DNA of 64,000 nt from Mollicutes bacterium (GCA_012837765.1 DUQO01000018.1:16014-80013); one strand, 5' to 3'. Positions 23,092 through 34,574 are shown, numbered from the stretch's first letter. Program-made: numbers and translations. The notes: generated by a model not told the origin, from the sequence alone.

Positions 23092-23622
23092 TTAAAACAA
23101 ATACATTAGTGAAAATAATATTAAAATAATACCACCTATAAACTTTGATGGTTCACTAAATCTTGAACCTATAACACGACCTACTATTAAACCCATATAT
23201 GTAAAACAAAAGCTAGTAATAGAAAATATTAGACTGCATTGTAAAAAATTGTTACTTATAAACTTTATGCCAATTCCTGCAGAGAAACTATCTATACTTA
23301 CGACAAAAGCAAAAAGAATAGTTCCTATAAAATTGGTTAGATAAACATTGGTTTCTTTTTTCATGGCATCAAAAAGCATTTCTAAACCAATTAACATAAA
23401 TATTATATATACAATTATCTTTATATCAATAATTATGTATTTTTCTAATATATTACCTAAAGTCATTCCAAATAAAGGCATAACAAAGTGAAAAACACCT
23501 ACCGTAGAAGAAAGAATAATTCTTTTTCTTTTACTAAGTTCTAATACACCATAACATAAAGACAACGATAATGCATCCATACTTAATCCAATACCTATAA
23601 AAAAAATAGATAAAATCTCCAT
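23092..23622 (-). CDS. DUF204-family membrane protein (MntP/YwlD-like putative Mn efflux, or YtaF-like)
   Basis: GLSMDALSLS motif and multiple TM segments. Lies beside spoIIR as ywlD does in B. subtilis. Confidence 0.5.
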   Translation of the reverse strand: MEILSIFFIGIGLSMDALSLSLCYGVLELSKRKRIILSSTVGVFHFVMPLFGMTLGNILEKYIIIDIKIIVYIIFMLIGLEMLFDAMKKETNVYLTNFIGTILFAFVVSIDSFSAGIGIKFISNNFLQCSLIFSITSFCFTYMGLIVGRVIGSRFSEPSKFIGGIILILFSLMYLF

Positions 23623-23667
23623 ACTTGCCCTCCTTCTTAATTTTATTGAGAAACAAGCTATTTATGA

Positions 23668-24192
23668 TTAATTGAGAAATTTATCTATTATTTCTTGAAC
23701 AAAAAACTTATATTCAACTTCTGTTGATTCTTCAGCTTCTAACAAACATAATGGTGGAAATAATACACACCACCAATTACTTCCTTTACCCTCTCCAAGT
23801 TTTACCAATATAGATTCATAATATCCTTCATCATATTCAATACCTTTATATACCTTTTTAGGAAAATAATGAGATCCAAAATTAATATTATAACCAAGAT
23901 TGTAATTTTCTTTTTTAAGAACATCATTTATCTTTTTATCAAAATTATTAAGATTGGTTTTTATAATATTTCTTGCTTCAACAATGTTGTTAGCATCTTT
24001 TAAATAAGCATATACATCGCTTTGTAGTTCTGTTTTAACCTTTTCTTTAATACTTTGATCATAATTAGAATCACTATTAGCAAGAACTCTAAGTCTAATA
24101 GCATCATCAGGAATTATTTTCTTATTTGACGAAACCTCATAAAAAACAGTAAATAATAATGTTAAAATAATACCGCCAATTATTTTTTTCAT
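23668..24192 (-). CDS. spoIIR: Stage II sporulation protein R
   Basis: AIRLRVLANSDS and NWWCVLFPPLC match B. subtilis SpoIIR. Start set at the MKKIIGG signal peptide. Confidence 0.8.
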   Translation of the reverse strand: MKKIIGGIILTLLFTVFYEVSSNKKIIPDDAIRLRVLANSDSNYDQSIKEKVKTELQSDVYAYLKDANNIVEARNIIKTNLNNFDKKINDVLKKENYNLGYNINFGSHYFPKKVYKGIEYDEGYYESILVKLGEGKGSNWWCVLFPPLCLLEAEESTEVEYKFFVQEIIDKFLN

Positions 24193-24238
24193 ATAAAAAT
24201 CCGTCCTCCTATTACATATTGGACAGATTTGCAATTAT

Positions 24239-25075
24239 TTAATCAAAAATATTATAAAAAATGAAAAACATTCGATCTCTACCTTGTAAATCCTTTTTCA
24301 CTTCATATTTAGTTCCTTTAAAATACTTTTGAGAAAGTGCAATAAGATCTTCTTTTTGATCGGCTCCAATTTCAAAAGCAATTAAGGCTTTATCATTTAG
24401 TATTTTCTTAGCATCTTTTAAAATCAAATCATAATATTTTAACCCATCAGGTCCACCATATAAAGCTGTTTCTGGTTCATATTTTTTAACTATATCCATA
24501 ATTTCTTCATCTTCTTTTAAATAAGGTGGATTACTTATTAAAACATCATATTTTTTGTTTTTTTTAATAACTTCTTTTAACATATCAGATTTATATATAT
24601 CAACTTCTACACCTAATTTTTTGGCATTTTGTTTTGATAGTTCTATAGCATCAAAAGAAATATCAATTAATGTTGCCTTCAAGTTTGGAATTTCCTTTTT
24701 TAAAGATAAACCTATTACTCCTGAACCAGTTCCAACATCTATCAAAGATATATTATCATTAAAATAGTTTAAAATATATTGTTTCGTATAAAAAATGAGC
24801 TCTTCGGTTTCAAAGCGAGGTATTAATACACCCTCTTTTATATTAAACTCATAACCATAAAAATCAACATTACCTATAACATATTGAATAGGTATTCCTT
24901 TTTTTATCAATTCAGCTTTATCTTTAAAGTCTTTTACTTTCTCTTTATCTATTTTACTATTATTGCTTTTATCGATTTCTTGGAGTTTAAAATAATGTTT
25001 GATTAAATAATCAATAGTTTTATCATCTATTTTATATTTTTCTTTACTTATTTTTATTAATTCTTGATATGTCAT
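24239..25075 (-). CDS. prmC: Release factor glutamine methyltransferase
   Basis: GTGSGVIGL and NPPY motifs. 1-nt overlap with prfA. Confidence 0.85.
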   Translation of the reverse strand: MTYQELIKISKEKYKIDDKTIDYLIKHYFKLQEIDKSNNSKIDKEKVKDFKDKAELIKKGIPIQYVIGNVDFYGYEFNIKEGVLIPRFETEELIFYTKQYILNYFNDNISLIDVGTGSGVIGLSLKKEIPNLKATLIDISFDAIELSKQNAKKLGVEVDIYKSDMLKEVIKKNKKYDVLISNPPYLKEDEEIMDIVKKYEPETALYGGPDGLKYYDLILKDAKKILNDKALIAFEIGADQKEDLIALSQKYFKGTKYEVKKDLQGRDRMFFIFYNIFD

Positions 25076-26145
25076 TACTCGCCAGCTAGCTTTCTTTTTA
25101 AATCCTCTGTAATAAGTGGCTCTATTATTTCATCTAATTTACCTTCCATAATGCGATCTAATTGCATTACAGTAAGATTTATACGATGATCAGTAACTCT
25201 ATTTTGAGGATAATTATAAGTTCTAATTTTTTCAGAACGATCCCCTGTACCTATCTTTGAACGACGAATTGCACCTTCTTCTGCCTCTTTTTTTCTTTGT
25301 GCTTCTTCATAAATTTTATTTTTTAATATTTTAAGAGCTTTTTCCTTGTTTTTTATCTGACTACGTTCATTTTGACAAGTAACTACTAATCCTGTTGGAA
25401 TATGTGTTATACGAATTGCACTGTCTGTAGTATTTACTGATTGTCCACCAGCACCACTACTACGATATACATCTATCTTTAAATCACTATCTTTTATTTC
25501 TACATCTAATTCTTCTTGTTCTGGTGTAACAACGACAGTTGCAGTTGATGTATGAACACGACCTTGTGTTTCTGTTGCTGGAACCCGTTGAACCCTGTGA
25601 GCTCCACTTTCATATTTTAATTTTGAATAAACATTATCGCCTTTTATCATAAATTCTATTTGACTAAAGCCACCGGCTTCACTTGGCATACTATATATCA
25701 ATTCAGTCTTAAACCCCATATTAGCAGCATATCTAGTATACATATCATATAAATCACCTGCAAAAATATTTGCTTCAGCTCCTCCAGCTGCTCCTCTTAT
25801 TTCAACAATAACATTTTTATTATCGTTTTCATCCTTAGGTACTAAAAGAATCTCTATCTCTTCTTCTAGTTGTTCTTTTTGTTCTTCCAAACTATTCAAT
25901 TCTTCCTTTGCCATAGGACCTAATTCGCTATCATGAATAAGATTTTTTACATCATCAATTTGTTTTAATATGTTTTTATATTTTTCATATGCTGTAACAA
26001 TATCTTCTAAAGCAACTTTCTCTTTTGATATTTTTGTTGCTTTTTTAATATCATTTATTACTTCTGTAGTCATCAAAAGATTATTTAATTCGTCATATTT
26101 TGCTTTGATGTTCTCAAGTCTTTCTATCATCTTATCACCTTCCAC
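25075..26145 (-). CDS. prfA: Peptide chain release factor 1
   Basis: PATE tripeptide (RF1-type PxT) and the GGQ motif. Confidence 0.9.
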   Translation of the reverse strand: MEGDKMIERLENIKAKYDELNNLLMTTEVINDIKKATKISKEKVALEDIVTAYEKYKNILKQIDDVKNLIHDSELGPMAKEELNSLEEQKEQLEEEIEILLVPKDENDNKNVIVEIRGAAGGAEANIFAGDLYDMYTRYAANMGFKTELIYSMPSEAGGFSQIEFMIKGDNVYSKLKYESGAHRVQRVPATETQGRVHTSTATVVVTPEQEELDVEIKDSDLKIDVYRSSGAGGQSVNTTDSAIRITHIPTGLVVTCQNERSQIKNKEKALKILKNKIYEEAQRKKEAEEGAIRRSKIGTGDRSEKIRTYNYPQNRVTDHRINLTVMQLDRIMEGKLDEIIEPLITEDLKRKLAGE

Positions 26146-26151
26146 AAAGAA

Positions 26152-26610
26152 TTATTCTTCTAGTTCATCTTCCTCGCTAATAATTCTTAAATCACTCATA
26201 TCATCTGTATCATCGTTAAGAATGTCGTCTGCATCTTCATCAAGAATATCATCTTCATCTAAATCAAAATCTTCTTCAATTTCTTTTGCCTCTTCTGCAT
26301 CTTCTAATTCTTCTGGTATTTCATCGTATTCTTCTTCACTTTCATCAACAACGATATTTACAACATGATTTTCTCTTAAATCCCAATTAGTACTATTTAA
26401 TAGTATAAATCTTTTATCAGTAGTAAGTGAAGTGAAAAAATCAGCTATTAAACTTTCATATTCACTATCGCTCATTTCTAGCAAATTACAAATTTCTTTA
26501 AATAAAACAACTGTTGTTTTTGGTTCTTTTCCTTGTTTTATAATGTGATATGCAATATCTGTATACGACAATAATTCTAATTCATTTTTATCCATTTTAT
26601 AAATGTCCAT
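26152..26610 (-). CDS. rpoE: RNA polymerase delta subunit
   Basis: FFTSLTTDKRFILLNSTNWDLR matches B. subtilis RpoE [22 protein letters not shown]. Long Asp/Glu-rich C-terminal tail. Confidence 0.85.
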   Translation of the reverse strand: MDIYKMDKNELELLSYTDIAYHIIKQGKEPKTTVVLFKEICNLLEMSDSEYESLIADFFTSLTTDKRFILLNSTNWDLRENHVVNIVVDESEEEYDEIPEELEDAEEAKEIEEDFDLDEDDILDEDADDILNDDTDDMSDLRIISEEDELEE

Positions 26611-26619
26611 GATTTCCTC

Positions 26620-28233
26620 CTACATTTCTTCTGGTGCTTTTACACCAATTAAATTAAGTGCATTATTTATCACAATTTTAACCGCTTTAACAAGTAATAA
26701 TCTTTCATTTGTATATTCATCATCATCGGTTAAAATTTGCTCATTATTATAGTATATATGTAGTGCATTAGCAAGATCGTAAACATAATTAGTAATCAAA
26801 TGTGGTAATCTTTTTAAAGCACTTGCTTCAACAACATTTTTAAACTCACTAATTTTTGACAAAATATCATATGCGTATTCACTGTCAATTGTTCTAAATT
26901 GATCAACTTTTTTTAATTCTTTATTTTTTAACAAAGAACATATTCTAGCATGTGCATATGAAACATAATACACTGGATTATCTTGAGCCTTTTTAATAGC
27001 TAGTTCTATATCAAAATCCATTTGGGAATCTATATTTCTCATTGCAAAGAAGTAACGAGCAGCATCTATTCCAACTTCTTCGACAAGATCATTAACAGAA
27101 ACAACATTTCCTGTTCTTTTGCTCATCTTTACTTCTTCTCCACCCCTTAAAAGTCTAACCATTTGAATGATTTTTACTTCAAGTTTTTCCTTTTCATATC
27201 CTAAAGCTTCAATTGCTGCCTTTAATCTAGGAACATATCCATGATGATCAGCTCCAAAAACATCAATTAACATATCATATCCACGATCAAACTTGTCTAA
27301 GTGGTAGGCTATATCTGGTGTAATGTATGCATATTCATTATCACTTTTTACTAAAACTCTATCTTTTTCATCTCCATAGTCGCTTGATTTAAGCCATATA
27401 GCATTTTCTTTTGTATATGTCTTACCAAGAGAAGTTAATATTTCTAATGCTTCTTCTATTCTTCCTGCTTCTCTTATTTTTTTCTCACTTGTCCAAACGT
27501 CAAAACGAACTCTAAAATTTAACAAATCTTCTTTTATTTGATTTAACATCACATTCAAACCTATATCTTTAAAATAAGAAGTTGGCTTATCTAAACAAGC
27601 TCCTTTTTCTTTTTCATATATATTTTTAGCTATCTCTACAATCTCTTTTCCATAATATCCATCTTCCGGCATATTTTCTTCAAGACCACATAGTCCAAAA
27701 TATCTTTCTTGAATAGACTTACCTAAATTATCAATTTGGTTTCCACCATCGTTAATGTAATATTCTCTTGTAACATCATATCCTGCAAAAGATAATATTC
27801 TACATATATTGTCACCATATGCACTTCCTCTTGCATGTCCTAGATGAATTACACCTGTTGGATTTACACTTGCAAATTCAACATTAATTTTTTGACCATT
27901 ACCTATTTTACTTCTACCATAATCTTCTTTTTGCTCAAGAACTTCCGGAATTAAATTTAATAGTATTTTTTTGTTAATATAAAAATTCAAAAATCCAGGT
28001 CCTGCTATTTCAATCTTATCTATATATTCACTTGTTTCTATTAAATCTTTTATTTCATTTGCAATAGCAATTGAATTTTTTTTCATTAACGAAGAAAGTT
28101 GCATTGCAACGCTAGTAGCATAGTCACCATTTTTTTTATCATTTGGAATTTCCAATACTACATCTATATTAGTTATTTCCATTTTTTCTAATGCTTTTAA
28201 TATTATCTTTTTTATTTCTTCTTTGATATTCAT
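26620..28233 (-). CDS. argS: Arginyl-tRNA synthetase
   Basis: HLGHARG (HIGH) and KMSKR motifs. Start set at MNIKEE. Confidence 0.9.
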   Translation of the reverse strand: MNIKEEIKKIILKALEKMEITNIDVVLEIPNDKKNGDYATSVAMQLSSLMKKNSIAIANEIKDLIETSEYIDKIEIAGPGFLNFYINKKILLNLIPEVLEQKEDYGRSKIGNGQKINVEFASVNPTGVIHLGHARGSAYGDNICRILSFAGYDVTREYYINDGGNQIDNLGKSIQERYFGLCGLEENMPEDGYYGKEIVEIAKNIYEKEKGACLDKPTSYFKDIGLNVMLNQIKEDLLNFRVRFDVWTSEKKIREAGRIEEALEILTSLGKTYTKENAIWLKSSDYGDEKDRVLVKSDNEYAYITPDIAYHLDKFDRGYDMLIDVFGADHHGYVPRLKAAIEALGYEKEKLEVKIIQMVRLLRGGEEVKMSKRTGNVVSVNDLVEEVGIDAARYFFAMRNIDSQMDFDIELAIKKAQDNPVYYVSYAHARICSLLKNKELKKVDQFRTIDSEYAYDILSKISEFKNVVEASALKRLPHLITNYVYDLANALHIYYNNEQILTDDDEYTNERLLLVKAVKIVINNALNLIGVKAPEEM

Positions 28234-28610
28234 TATTGTACCTCCCACTTAAAATCAACTGTAAAAATTCCCATATCCTCATTATTGATTACTAATTTAT
28301 ATTTTATATAAAATGAATTAACATTTCTTTTTAAAATCAAAGTATTAACACTTAAATCTAATACCATTTTAGGTTTATATATATTATAAGAAGAATTATG
28401 CACTTTTTGTTCTTCAAAAATAAGTTTCATTGAATAGTCTTGATTCTCACGCTCAATAATTATTTTATCTTCCATAATAATTTTTACTGATACATTTTCT
28501 TCTTTATATATTATGGTTTTTTCTTTTTCATTATAAGTTCCAACTTCGTTAATAAAACATTCTTCCCCTAAACCATCAATTATACTCATTTTGATTTTAA
28601 CTTTTTTCAT
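28233..28610 (-). CDS. DUF1934 (YwiB-like) beta-barrel protein
   Basis: 125 aa immediately upstream of argS, as ywiB-argS in B. subtilis. Confidence 0.55.
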   Translation of the reverse strand: MKKVKIKMSIIDGLGEECFINEVGTYNEKEKTIIYKEENVSVKIIMEDKIIIERENQDYSMKLIFEEQKVHNSSYNIYKPKMVLDLSVNTLILKRNVNSFYIKYKLVINNEDMGIFTVDFKWEVQ

Positions 28611-28776
28611 TTTCTCACCTATAAATTATTCGTTGCAATTATAACATAACTATATAAAAAAATAAACAACAAAAGATACACTTTATTTTTTAAACTATAT
28701 TTAGGTTATGAATATTACGATAATGTTATATTCTTTTATTTTATTAACATACTAAATATAGAATTTGGGTGATTAA

Positions 28777-30699
28777 GTGAAAAAAATAAAATGGTTTCTC
28801 TTTTTTGTTTGTTTTTGTATATATTCTTTCTTTTTTATTCATTATGGTTTTTATTTAGTTGCTAAGTTTACATCTAAAATAGATATTAGAAATGCTAATA
28901 GTGTTTTTTTGTATGATAACAACGAAAACTTGTTTTTTCAAGGTAATGGAAAAAAAGAGTGGATTTCTCTTAACAAGATGTCTAAACATATTATTAATGC
29001 AACTATTTCGATTGAAGATAAAAACTTCTATCACCATGTTGGGTTTGATTATTTAAGAATAATTAAATCCTTATATGAAAACGCAAAATCTAGAAAATAT
29101 GTACAAGGTGCTTCTACTATAACACAGCAATATGTTAAAAACTTATACCTTGACTTTGATAAAAGATGGGATAGAAAGATCGAAGAAGCTTGGCTTACTA
29201 TTAAAATGGAAGTTAAATATTCAAAAGATGAAATTCTAGAAGGCTATTTAAATACTATAAATTATGGTAATGGTGTATTTGGAATAGAAAATGCTGCAAG
29301 ATATTATTTTGATAAGAGTGCTGCAGATTTAACACTTGCAGAAGCATCAATGTTAGCGGGAATTCCTAACTCCCCTAATAACTATTCGCCTTTAAATGAT
29401 GAATTAGAAGCTAAAAAAAGGCAACATGTAATTTTAACAAGCATGGTTAATAATAACTACATAACCGAAGAAGAAAAAAAAGAAGCGTTTGATACAAAAC
29501 TTACATATATAGGCAAAAAAGAAAAATATAATTTATCAACATTAATGTATTATCAAGATGCCGTTATGAAGGAATTATACAATATAAAATATATTCCTTC
29601 TTCATTAATTGAAACTGGAGGTTTAAAAATATACACAAATCTTAATATAGAAGCACAAACTATTTTAGAAAATGCAATTAATAATAATTTAAAAGAAAAT
29701 CAAGACATGCAAATAGCATCAGTTGTTGTAGAACCTAAAACAGGTAAAATAATTGCATTAACAGGTGGACGTGATTACCAAAAATCACAATTTAATAGGG
29801 CTACTCAGTCAAAACGACAAGTTGGATCAACAATAAAACCTTTCCTTTATTATGCAGCTTTGGAAAACGGTTTTACTTCTTCTACAACTTTTTTAAGTGA
29901 ACCTACTGTTTTTACATTTGGTGAAAATGATTCTTATGCACCTAATAATTATGGACAATTATATCCTAATAAGCCTATCTCAATGGCTGCAGCTATAGCT
30001 TTTTCAGATAATATATATGCTGTTAAGACTCATTTGTTTATTGGTGAAGATGTTCTTGTTAAAACGATGAAAAGAGTTGGGGTTAAAGAAAAATTAAATC
30101 CTAATGCCTCTTTACCTCTTGGAACAGGAGAGTTAAATATTATTGATTTTTTAACTGGTTATAATACTATTGCTAATGAGGGCGTTAAAGTTGATCTTCA
30201 TTTAATAAATAAAATTACTGATGCAAATGATAATGTTATATATGAACATAAAAATAATGAAGAAGCTGTACTAGATAAAAATATAACATATATATTAAAT
30301 GATTTACTTACAACAACATATGACTACAATATGCTTGATTATAGTACCCCTACATGTTTAAATATTTCAGCCAAAATATCAAATAAATGGGCTTTAAAAA
30401 CTGGTACAACCGATTTTGATGCTTGGACTGTTGGTTATAATAAAGATTTATTAGTTGGTGTTTGGACAGGATATGATGATAATAAACTTTTAGCGTCAGG
30501 AGAATCAAAATATTCAAAAAATATATGGGTAGATACTGCTGAAGGATATTTGAAAAATAAAGAAGTTAATTGGTATGAAATGCCGGAAAATGTTGTTGGA
30601 ACATTAGTAAATCCGATAAACGGTAATATTAATGACAAAACAAGCAATAAAAAAAGAATTTTATATTATCTAAGAGGTAGTGAACCACAGATAAGATAA
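28777..30699 (+). CDS. Class A penicillin-binding protein (transglycosylase plus transpeptidase)
   Basis: GT51 motifs GASTITQQYVKN and RKIEEAWL. Transpeptidase motifs STIKP (SxxK), SDN and KTGTT. N-terminal TM anchor. Confidence 0.85.
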   Translation: MKKIKWFLFFVCFCIYSFFFIHYGFYLVAKFTSKIDIRNANSVFLYDNNENLFFQGNGKKEWISLNKMSKHIINATISIEDKNFYHHVGFDYLRIIKSLYENAKSRKYVQGASTITQQYVKNLYLDFDKRWDRKIEEAWLTIKMEVKYSKDEILEGYLNTINYGNGVFGIENAARYYFDKSAADLTLAEASMLAGIPNSPNNYSPLNDELEAKKRQHVILTSMVNNNYITEEEKKEAFDTKLTYIGKKEKYNLSTLMYYQDAVMKELYNIKYIPSSLIETGGLKIYTNLNIEAQTILENAINNNLKENQDMQIASVVVEPKTGKIIALTGGRDYQKSQFNRATQSKRQVGSTIKPFLYYAALENGFTSSTTFLSEPTVFTFGENDSYAPNNYGQLYPNKPISMAAAIAFSDNIYAVKTHLFIGEDVLVKTMKRVGVKEKLNPNASLPLGTGELNIIDFLTGYNTIANEGVKVDLHLINKITDANDNVIYEHKNNEEAVLDKNITYILNDLLTTTYDYNMLDYSTPTCLNISAKISNKWALKTGTTDFDAWTVGYNKDLLVGVWTGYDDNKLLASGESKYSKNIWVDTAEGYLKNKEVNWYEMPENVVGTLVNPINGNINDKTSNKKRILYYLRGSEPQIR

Positions 30700-30704
30700 A
30701 TTCT

Positions 30705-32009
30705 TTAATTTTTGTTTATTTTAATTATTACTTGAAAAATATTTTCAAAATCTAATTCTTCTATATTTACTTTAAAATCTGCCTTTTCTAATTTAGTTAC
30801 AACATCCCTTATTGCTGATATAGCACTATTAAAATCTCCCGATACAGGTTCATTTCTGTCAGCACTTAACCCGTTTGTTTGACGATATTCTGCTACTAAA
30901 CTATCAGTAAAAGTTTTAGCTTCCATAGGTTTTGGTTGTTCTTGATTATTATTTTTCAAAAATGGAAAAGAATTAGTTTCTTCATTTTCTTCATCATCAG
31001 GAAAAGTAATAAAACGAGGCTTAGGTTCTGCTGTTTCTTCCACATTAGTAGTGGTAGTACTTTCTTCATTTTTAGGAACTATACCTAATAATTTATTAAC
31101 ATCTGCTTTTTCTGGTTCAGGGTTAATATCTTTTGCTTCTTCTTTTATAAGATTGATGTCAATTTTTTGTATTCCTTCGTTAGGAATGCTTATTGGTGGA
31201 GGAGTTGAGACATTAACGTCTTTCTCTTCTTCTTTAGCTTTTGGTATTTCTATATATGGAATAGGTGCTGATAAACGAGAAGAAATATCATTAAAATCTA
31301 ATGTTTCTACTGGATTATTAATGTTTGGTATATTTTCCTTTGCAATCAAGTTTTGTTTTTGTACTTCCATTCTATTACTTTCATTTTGATTATTATTTGG
31401 ATTATTTATTGATTTTATCATTTCGTCTGTTTGTTTAACAGTTAATCTATTAGTCAAAATTTTATTTAATATTGCTTTTTGATCTTCTTCATTTTTTAAA
31501 TTTAATAAGCTTCTAGCATGGCGTTCTGATATTCTACCATTTAATAAAGCTTCCTTTACTTCACTTGAAAGTCCAAGTAATCTTAGTTTATTAGAAATAG
31601 TTGATTGATTTTTTCCCATTCTAGCAGCTAGTTGTTCTTGTGTTAAATATCCTCTATCTAACAGTTTTTTATATGACTCAGCTTCTTCAAGAGCAGACAA
31701 ATCTTTTCTTTGAATATTTTCTACAATTGCAACTTCAGCACTTGCGTTATCATCTAAATTCATTACAATTGCAGGTACTTTTTGAAGTCCAGCCATTTGG
31801 GCAGCTTTATAACGACGCTCTCCAGCAATAATTTCATATTTATCATTTATTTTTCTAACCACCAAAGGTTGAATTATTCCGTGTTGTTTTATAGAATCAG
31901 CGAGTTCATTTAATGCTTTTTCGTCAAAAGTTAGACGCGGTTGAAAACGATTAGGAATTATATCATCTATAAATAAAGATACTACTTCCTTTTCATATTT
32001 ATCATTCAT
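30705..32009 (-). CDS. ParB/Spo0J/Noc-family protein with long C-terminal extension (434 aa)
   Basis: N-terminal ParB box GERRYKAA with an HTH, followed by an N/Q-rich low-complexity extension. No parA/soj in the window. Confidence 0.7.
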   Translation of the reverse strand: MNDKYEKEVVSLFIDDIIPNRFQPRLTFDEKALNELADSIKQHGIIQPLVVRKINDKYEIIAGERRYKAAQMAGLQKVPAIVMNLDDNASAEVAIVENIQRKDLSALEEAESYKKLLDRGYLTQEQLAARMGKNQSTISNKLRLLGLSSEVKEALLNGRISERHARSLLNLKNEEDQKAILNKILTNRLTVKQTDEMIKSINNPNNNQNESNRMEVQKQNLIAKENIPNINNPVETLDFNDISSRLSAPIPYIEIPKAKEEEKDVNVSTPPPISIPNEGIQKIDINLIKEEAKDINPEPEKADVNKLLGIVPKNEESTTTTNVEETAEPKPRFITFPDDEENEETNSFPFLKNNNQEQPKPMEAKTFTDSLVAEYRQTNGLSADRNEPVSGDFNSAISAIRDVVTKLEKADFKVNIEELDFENIFQVIIKINKN

Positions 32010-32062
32010 GTGGACCCCTCCATATTCTACACTAATTATATAATACTATTAAAAAACCACTT

Positions 32063-32767
32063 TTACAATGGTTTTTTAATAATTTCTTTAAAATGACGAG
32101 GATATTTCTTGTTTATATAATCAATTTTCCTTATTTTTATAAGGGTTCTTTTACTTTTTTCTATTGGAAGGAAAAATGTTGTAATTTGTTCTATTTTGCT
32201 ATTTAATAAATTTAAATTGTTTTCTATTCCTTGAAGTTCTTCTTCAACATTAGATTTCATACTTATAAAATATTTATCAATTTTAACTAAAGGTAAGCAT
32301 AATTCGGTTAATATAGAAAGCTTTGCTACAGCTCGCGAGGTCACAATATCAAATTTATTACGGTTTGTTTTAGCATATTCTTCTGTTCTTATATGTATTG
32401 CTTCAACATCTTTTAATTCTAATTCAGCAATTACTTCATTTAAAAAATTTATTCTTTTCTTTAAACTATCTATCAATACAACTTTTATGTGTGGAAACAT
32501 TATTTTTATTACAAGCCCTGGAAATCCAGCTCCCGTTCCAATATCACATAAATTTTCTACTTCATTAAAATCACATGCTTTAACTAAAGTGAGGCTATCA
32601 TAGAAATGTTTTAAATAAACACTTTCCTTTTCAGTAATATTAGTTAAATTCATTACTTTATTTTTTTCTACTAATAATTCATAATATTTGTTCAGTTGAC
32701 TTTTTTGATTATCATCTATATTTATACCTAATTTAATTATATAATCTATAAATTCATTTTCACACAT
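32063..32767 (-). CDS. rsmG: 16S rRNA m7G527 methyltransferase
   Basis: DIGTGAGFPG SAM motif. 8-nt overlap with mnmG. Confidence 0.85.
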   Translation of the reverse strand: MCENEFIDYIIKLGINIDDNQKSQLNKYYELLVEKNKVMNLTNITEKESVYLKHFYDSLTLVKACDFNEVENLCDIGTGAGFPGLVIKIMFPHIKVVLIDSLKKRINFLNEVIAELELKDVEAIHIRTEEYAKTNRNKFDIVTSRAVAKLSILTELCLPLVKIDKYFISMKSNVEEELQGIENNLNLLNSKIEQITTFFLPIEKSKRTLIKIRKIDYINKKYPRHFKEIIKKPL

Positions 32768-34574
32768 TTGGATAATACTTCCTTAAATAAACAGTTAAAA
32801 TTGATATATCAGATGGATTTACTCCACTAATTCTCATTGCTTGACCAATAGATAAAGGTTTAACTTCTTTTAGTTTTTGCTTCGCTTCACTAGCTAAATT
32901 AGGTATTTTATCATAATCAATATCAATAGGAATTATTTTTGATTCATTCTTCAACATTTTTTGAGCCTCTTTTATTGTTTTTTGAATATATCCTTCATAC
33001 TTTACATTTATTTCTACTTGTTCTAATATTTTTTTGTCACTTTCACTTATATATTCTTTTAGATCTTCTATTTTTATTTCTGGTCTTTTTAATAAAATAT
33101 AAGCATTACATTTATATTCTTTTATATAAAGCTTTTTTAATTCTTCTATTGTATCTTTTAGTTTTTGCTTTTTTACTAATAATTTTGAATATTTTTCTTC
33201 ATCTATTAAACCAACTTGATATCCATATTCCCTTAATCTTAAATCTGCATTATCATCCCTTAGTAACAAACGATATTCTGCTCTTGATGTTAAAAGACGA
33301 TACGGTTCTTTTGTTCCTTTTGTTACTAAATCATCTATTAAAACTCCAATATATGATTCATTTCTCTTTAAAATCAATGGATCTTTTCCTTCTAATTTTA
33401 AAGAAGCATTTATTCCTGCTATCAATCCTTGACCCGCTGCTTCTTCATAACCACTTGTCCCATTAATTTGTCCTGCTGTAAATAAATTTTTAATAAGTTT
33501 TGTTTCTAAACTAGGTTTAACTTGAGTTGGTGATATAGCATCATATTCTATTGCATATGCATATTTTAAAATTACAGCATTTTCAAGACCTGGCAAACTA
33601 TGAACCATTAGATCTTGAATCTCTTTTGGCATACTTGTTGAAAAACCTTGTAGATATATATCATTATAGTGTTTACTTTCTGGTTCTAAAAACAATTGAT
33701 GCTTTTCTTTATCTGCAAAACGAACTATTTTATCTTCAATTGAAGGACAATATCTAGGTCCAATTCCAGTAATATCATCTAAACCGCCATACATACTTGC
33801 CTTATGAAGGTTTTCTCTAATAATTTGATGTGTAAGAGGTGTTGTATAAATTAGATGACATGGTTCTTGGTCTTCAATTTTATAATTTGGTTCATCATCA
33901 AAACTAAAAGCTAATAATTCATTGTCCCCTTTTTCAATTTTAGTTTTACTAAAATCTATAGAATCTTTTTTTATTCTTTGTGGAGTTCCGGTTTTTAATC
34001 TCAATATTTCAAAACCGTATTTTTTTAGATTTTCACTTAAATGAAGTGATGTTTTTTCTCCATCTGGTCCGCTACTTGTTCTCTTACTTCCTACTAAAAT
34101 ATCACTTTTTAAATATGTTCCAGTTGTTAAAATAACTATTTGACTATTTATTTTTGTACCATCATTTAAAATTATACCATATACTTTTTTGTCTTCAACG
34201 ATTAAGTCTTCAACCATTGCTTCTTTTATTTCAAGGTTTTCTTGACTCTTTAAAGTTTTTAACATTTCTTTAGGATACATTACTTTATCAACTTGAGATC
34301 TTAATGATCTTACGGCTGGTCCTTTAGCACGATTTAACAATTTCATTTGAATTTGTGTTTTATCTGCAATTTTCCCCATTACTCCACCTAAAGCATCGAT
34401 TTCACGAACAACAATTCCTTTAGCACTTCCTCCAATAGATGGATTACAAGGAAGAGTTGCTATATTATTTATATTTCCTGTTACTAATAGTGTTTTATGG
34501 TTCTTTTTAGCGCAAGCAAGTGCAGCTTCACATCCTGCATGTCCTCCGCCAACAACAATAACATCATAATTCAT
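32760..34574 (-). CDS. mnmG: tRNA uridine 5-carboxymethylaminomethyl modification enzyme MnmG
   Basis: FAD motif VIVVGGGHAGCEAA, 604 aa. Confidence 0.95.
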   Translation of the reverse strand: MNYDVIVVGGGHAGCEAALACAKKNHKTLLVTGNINNIATLPCNPSIGGSAKGIVVREIDALGGVMGKIADKTQIQMKLLNRAKGPAVRSLRSQVDKVMYPKEMLKTLKSQENLEIKEAMVEDLIVEDKKVYGIILNDGTKINSQIVILTTGTYLKSDILVGSKRTSSGPDGEKTSLHLSENLKKYGFEILRLKTGTPQRIKKDSIDFSKTKIEKGDNELLAFSFDDEPNYKIEDQEPCHLIYTTPLTHQIIRENLHKASMYGGLDDITGIGPRYCPSIEDKIVRFADKEKHQLFLEPESKHYNDIYLQGFSTSMPKEIQDLMVHSLPGLENAVILKYAYAIEYDAISPTQVKPSLETKLIKNLFTAGQINGTSGYEEAAGQGLIAGINASLKLEGKDPLILKRNESYIGVLIDDLVTKGTKEPYRLLTSRAEYRLLLRDDNADLRLREYGYQVGLIDEEKYSKLLVKKQKLKDTIEELKKLYIKEYKCNAYILLKRPEIKIEDLKEYISESDKKILEQVEINVKYEGYIQKTIKEAQKMLKNESKIIPIDIDYDKIPNLASEAKQKLKEVKPLSIGQAMRISGVNPSDISILTVYLRKYYPNV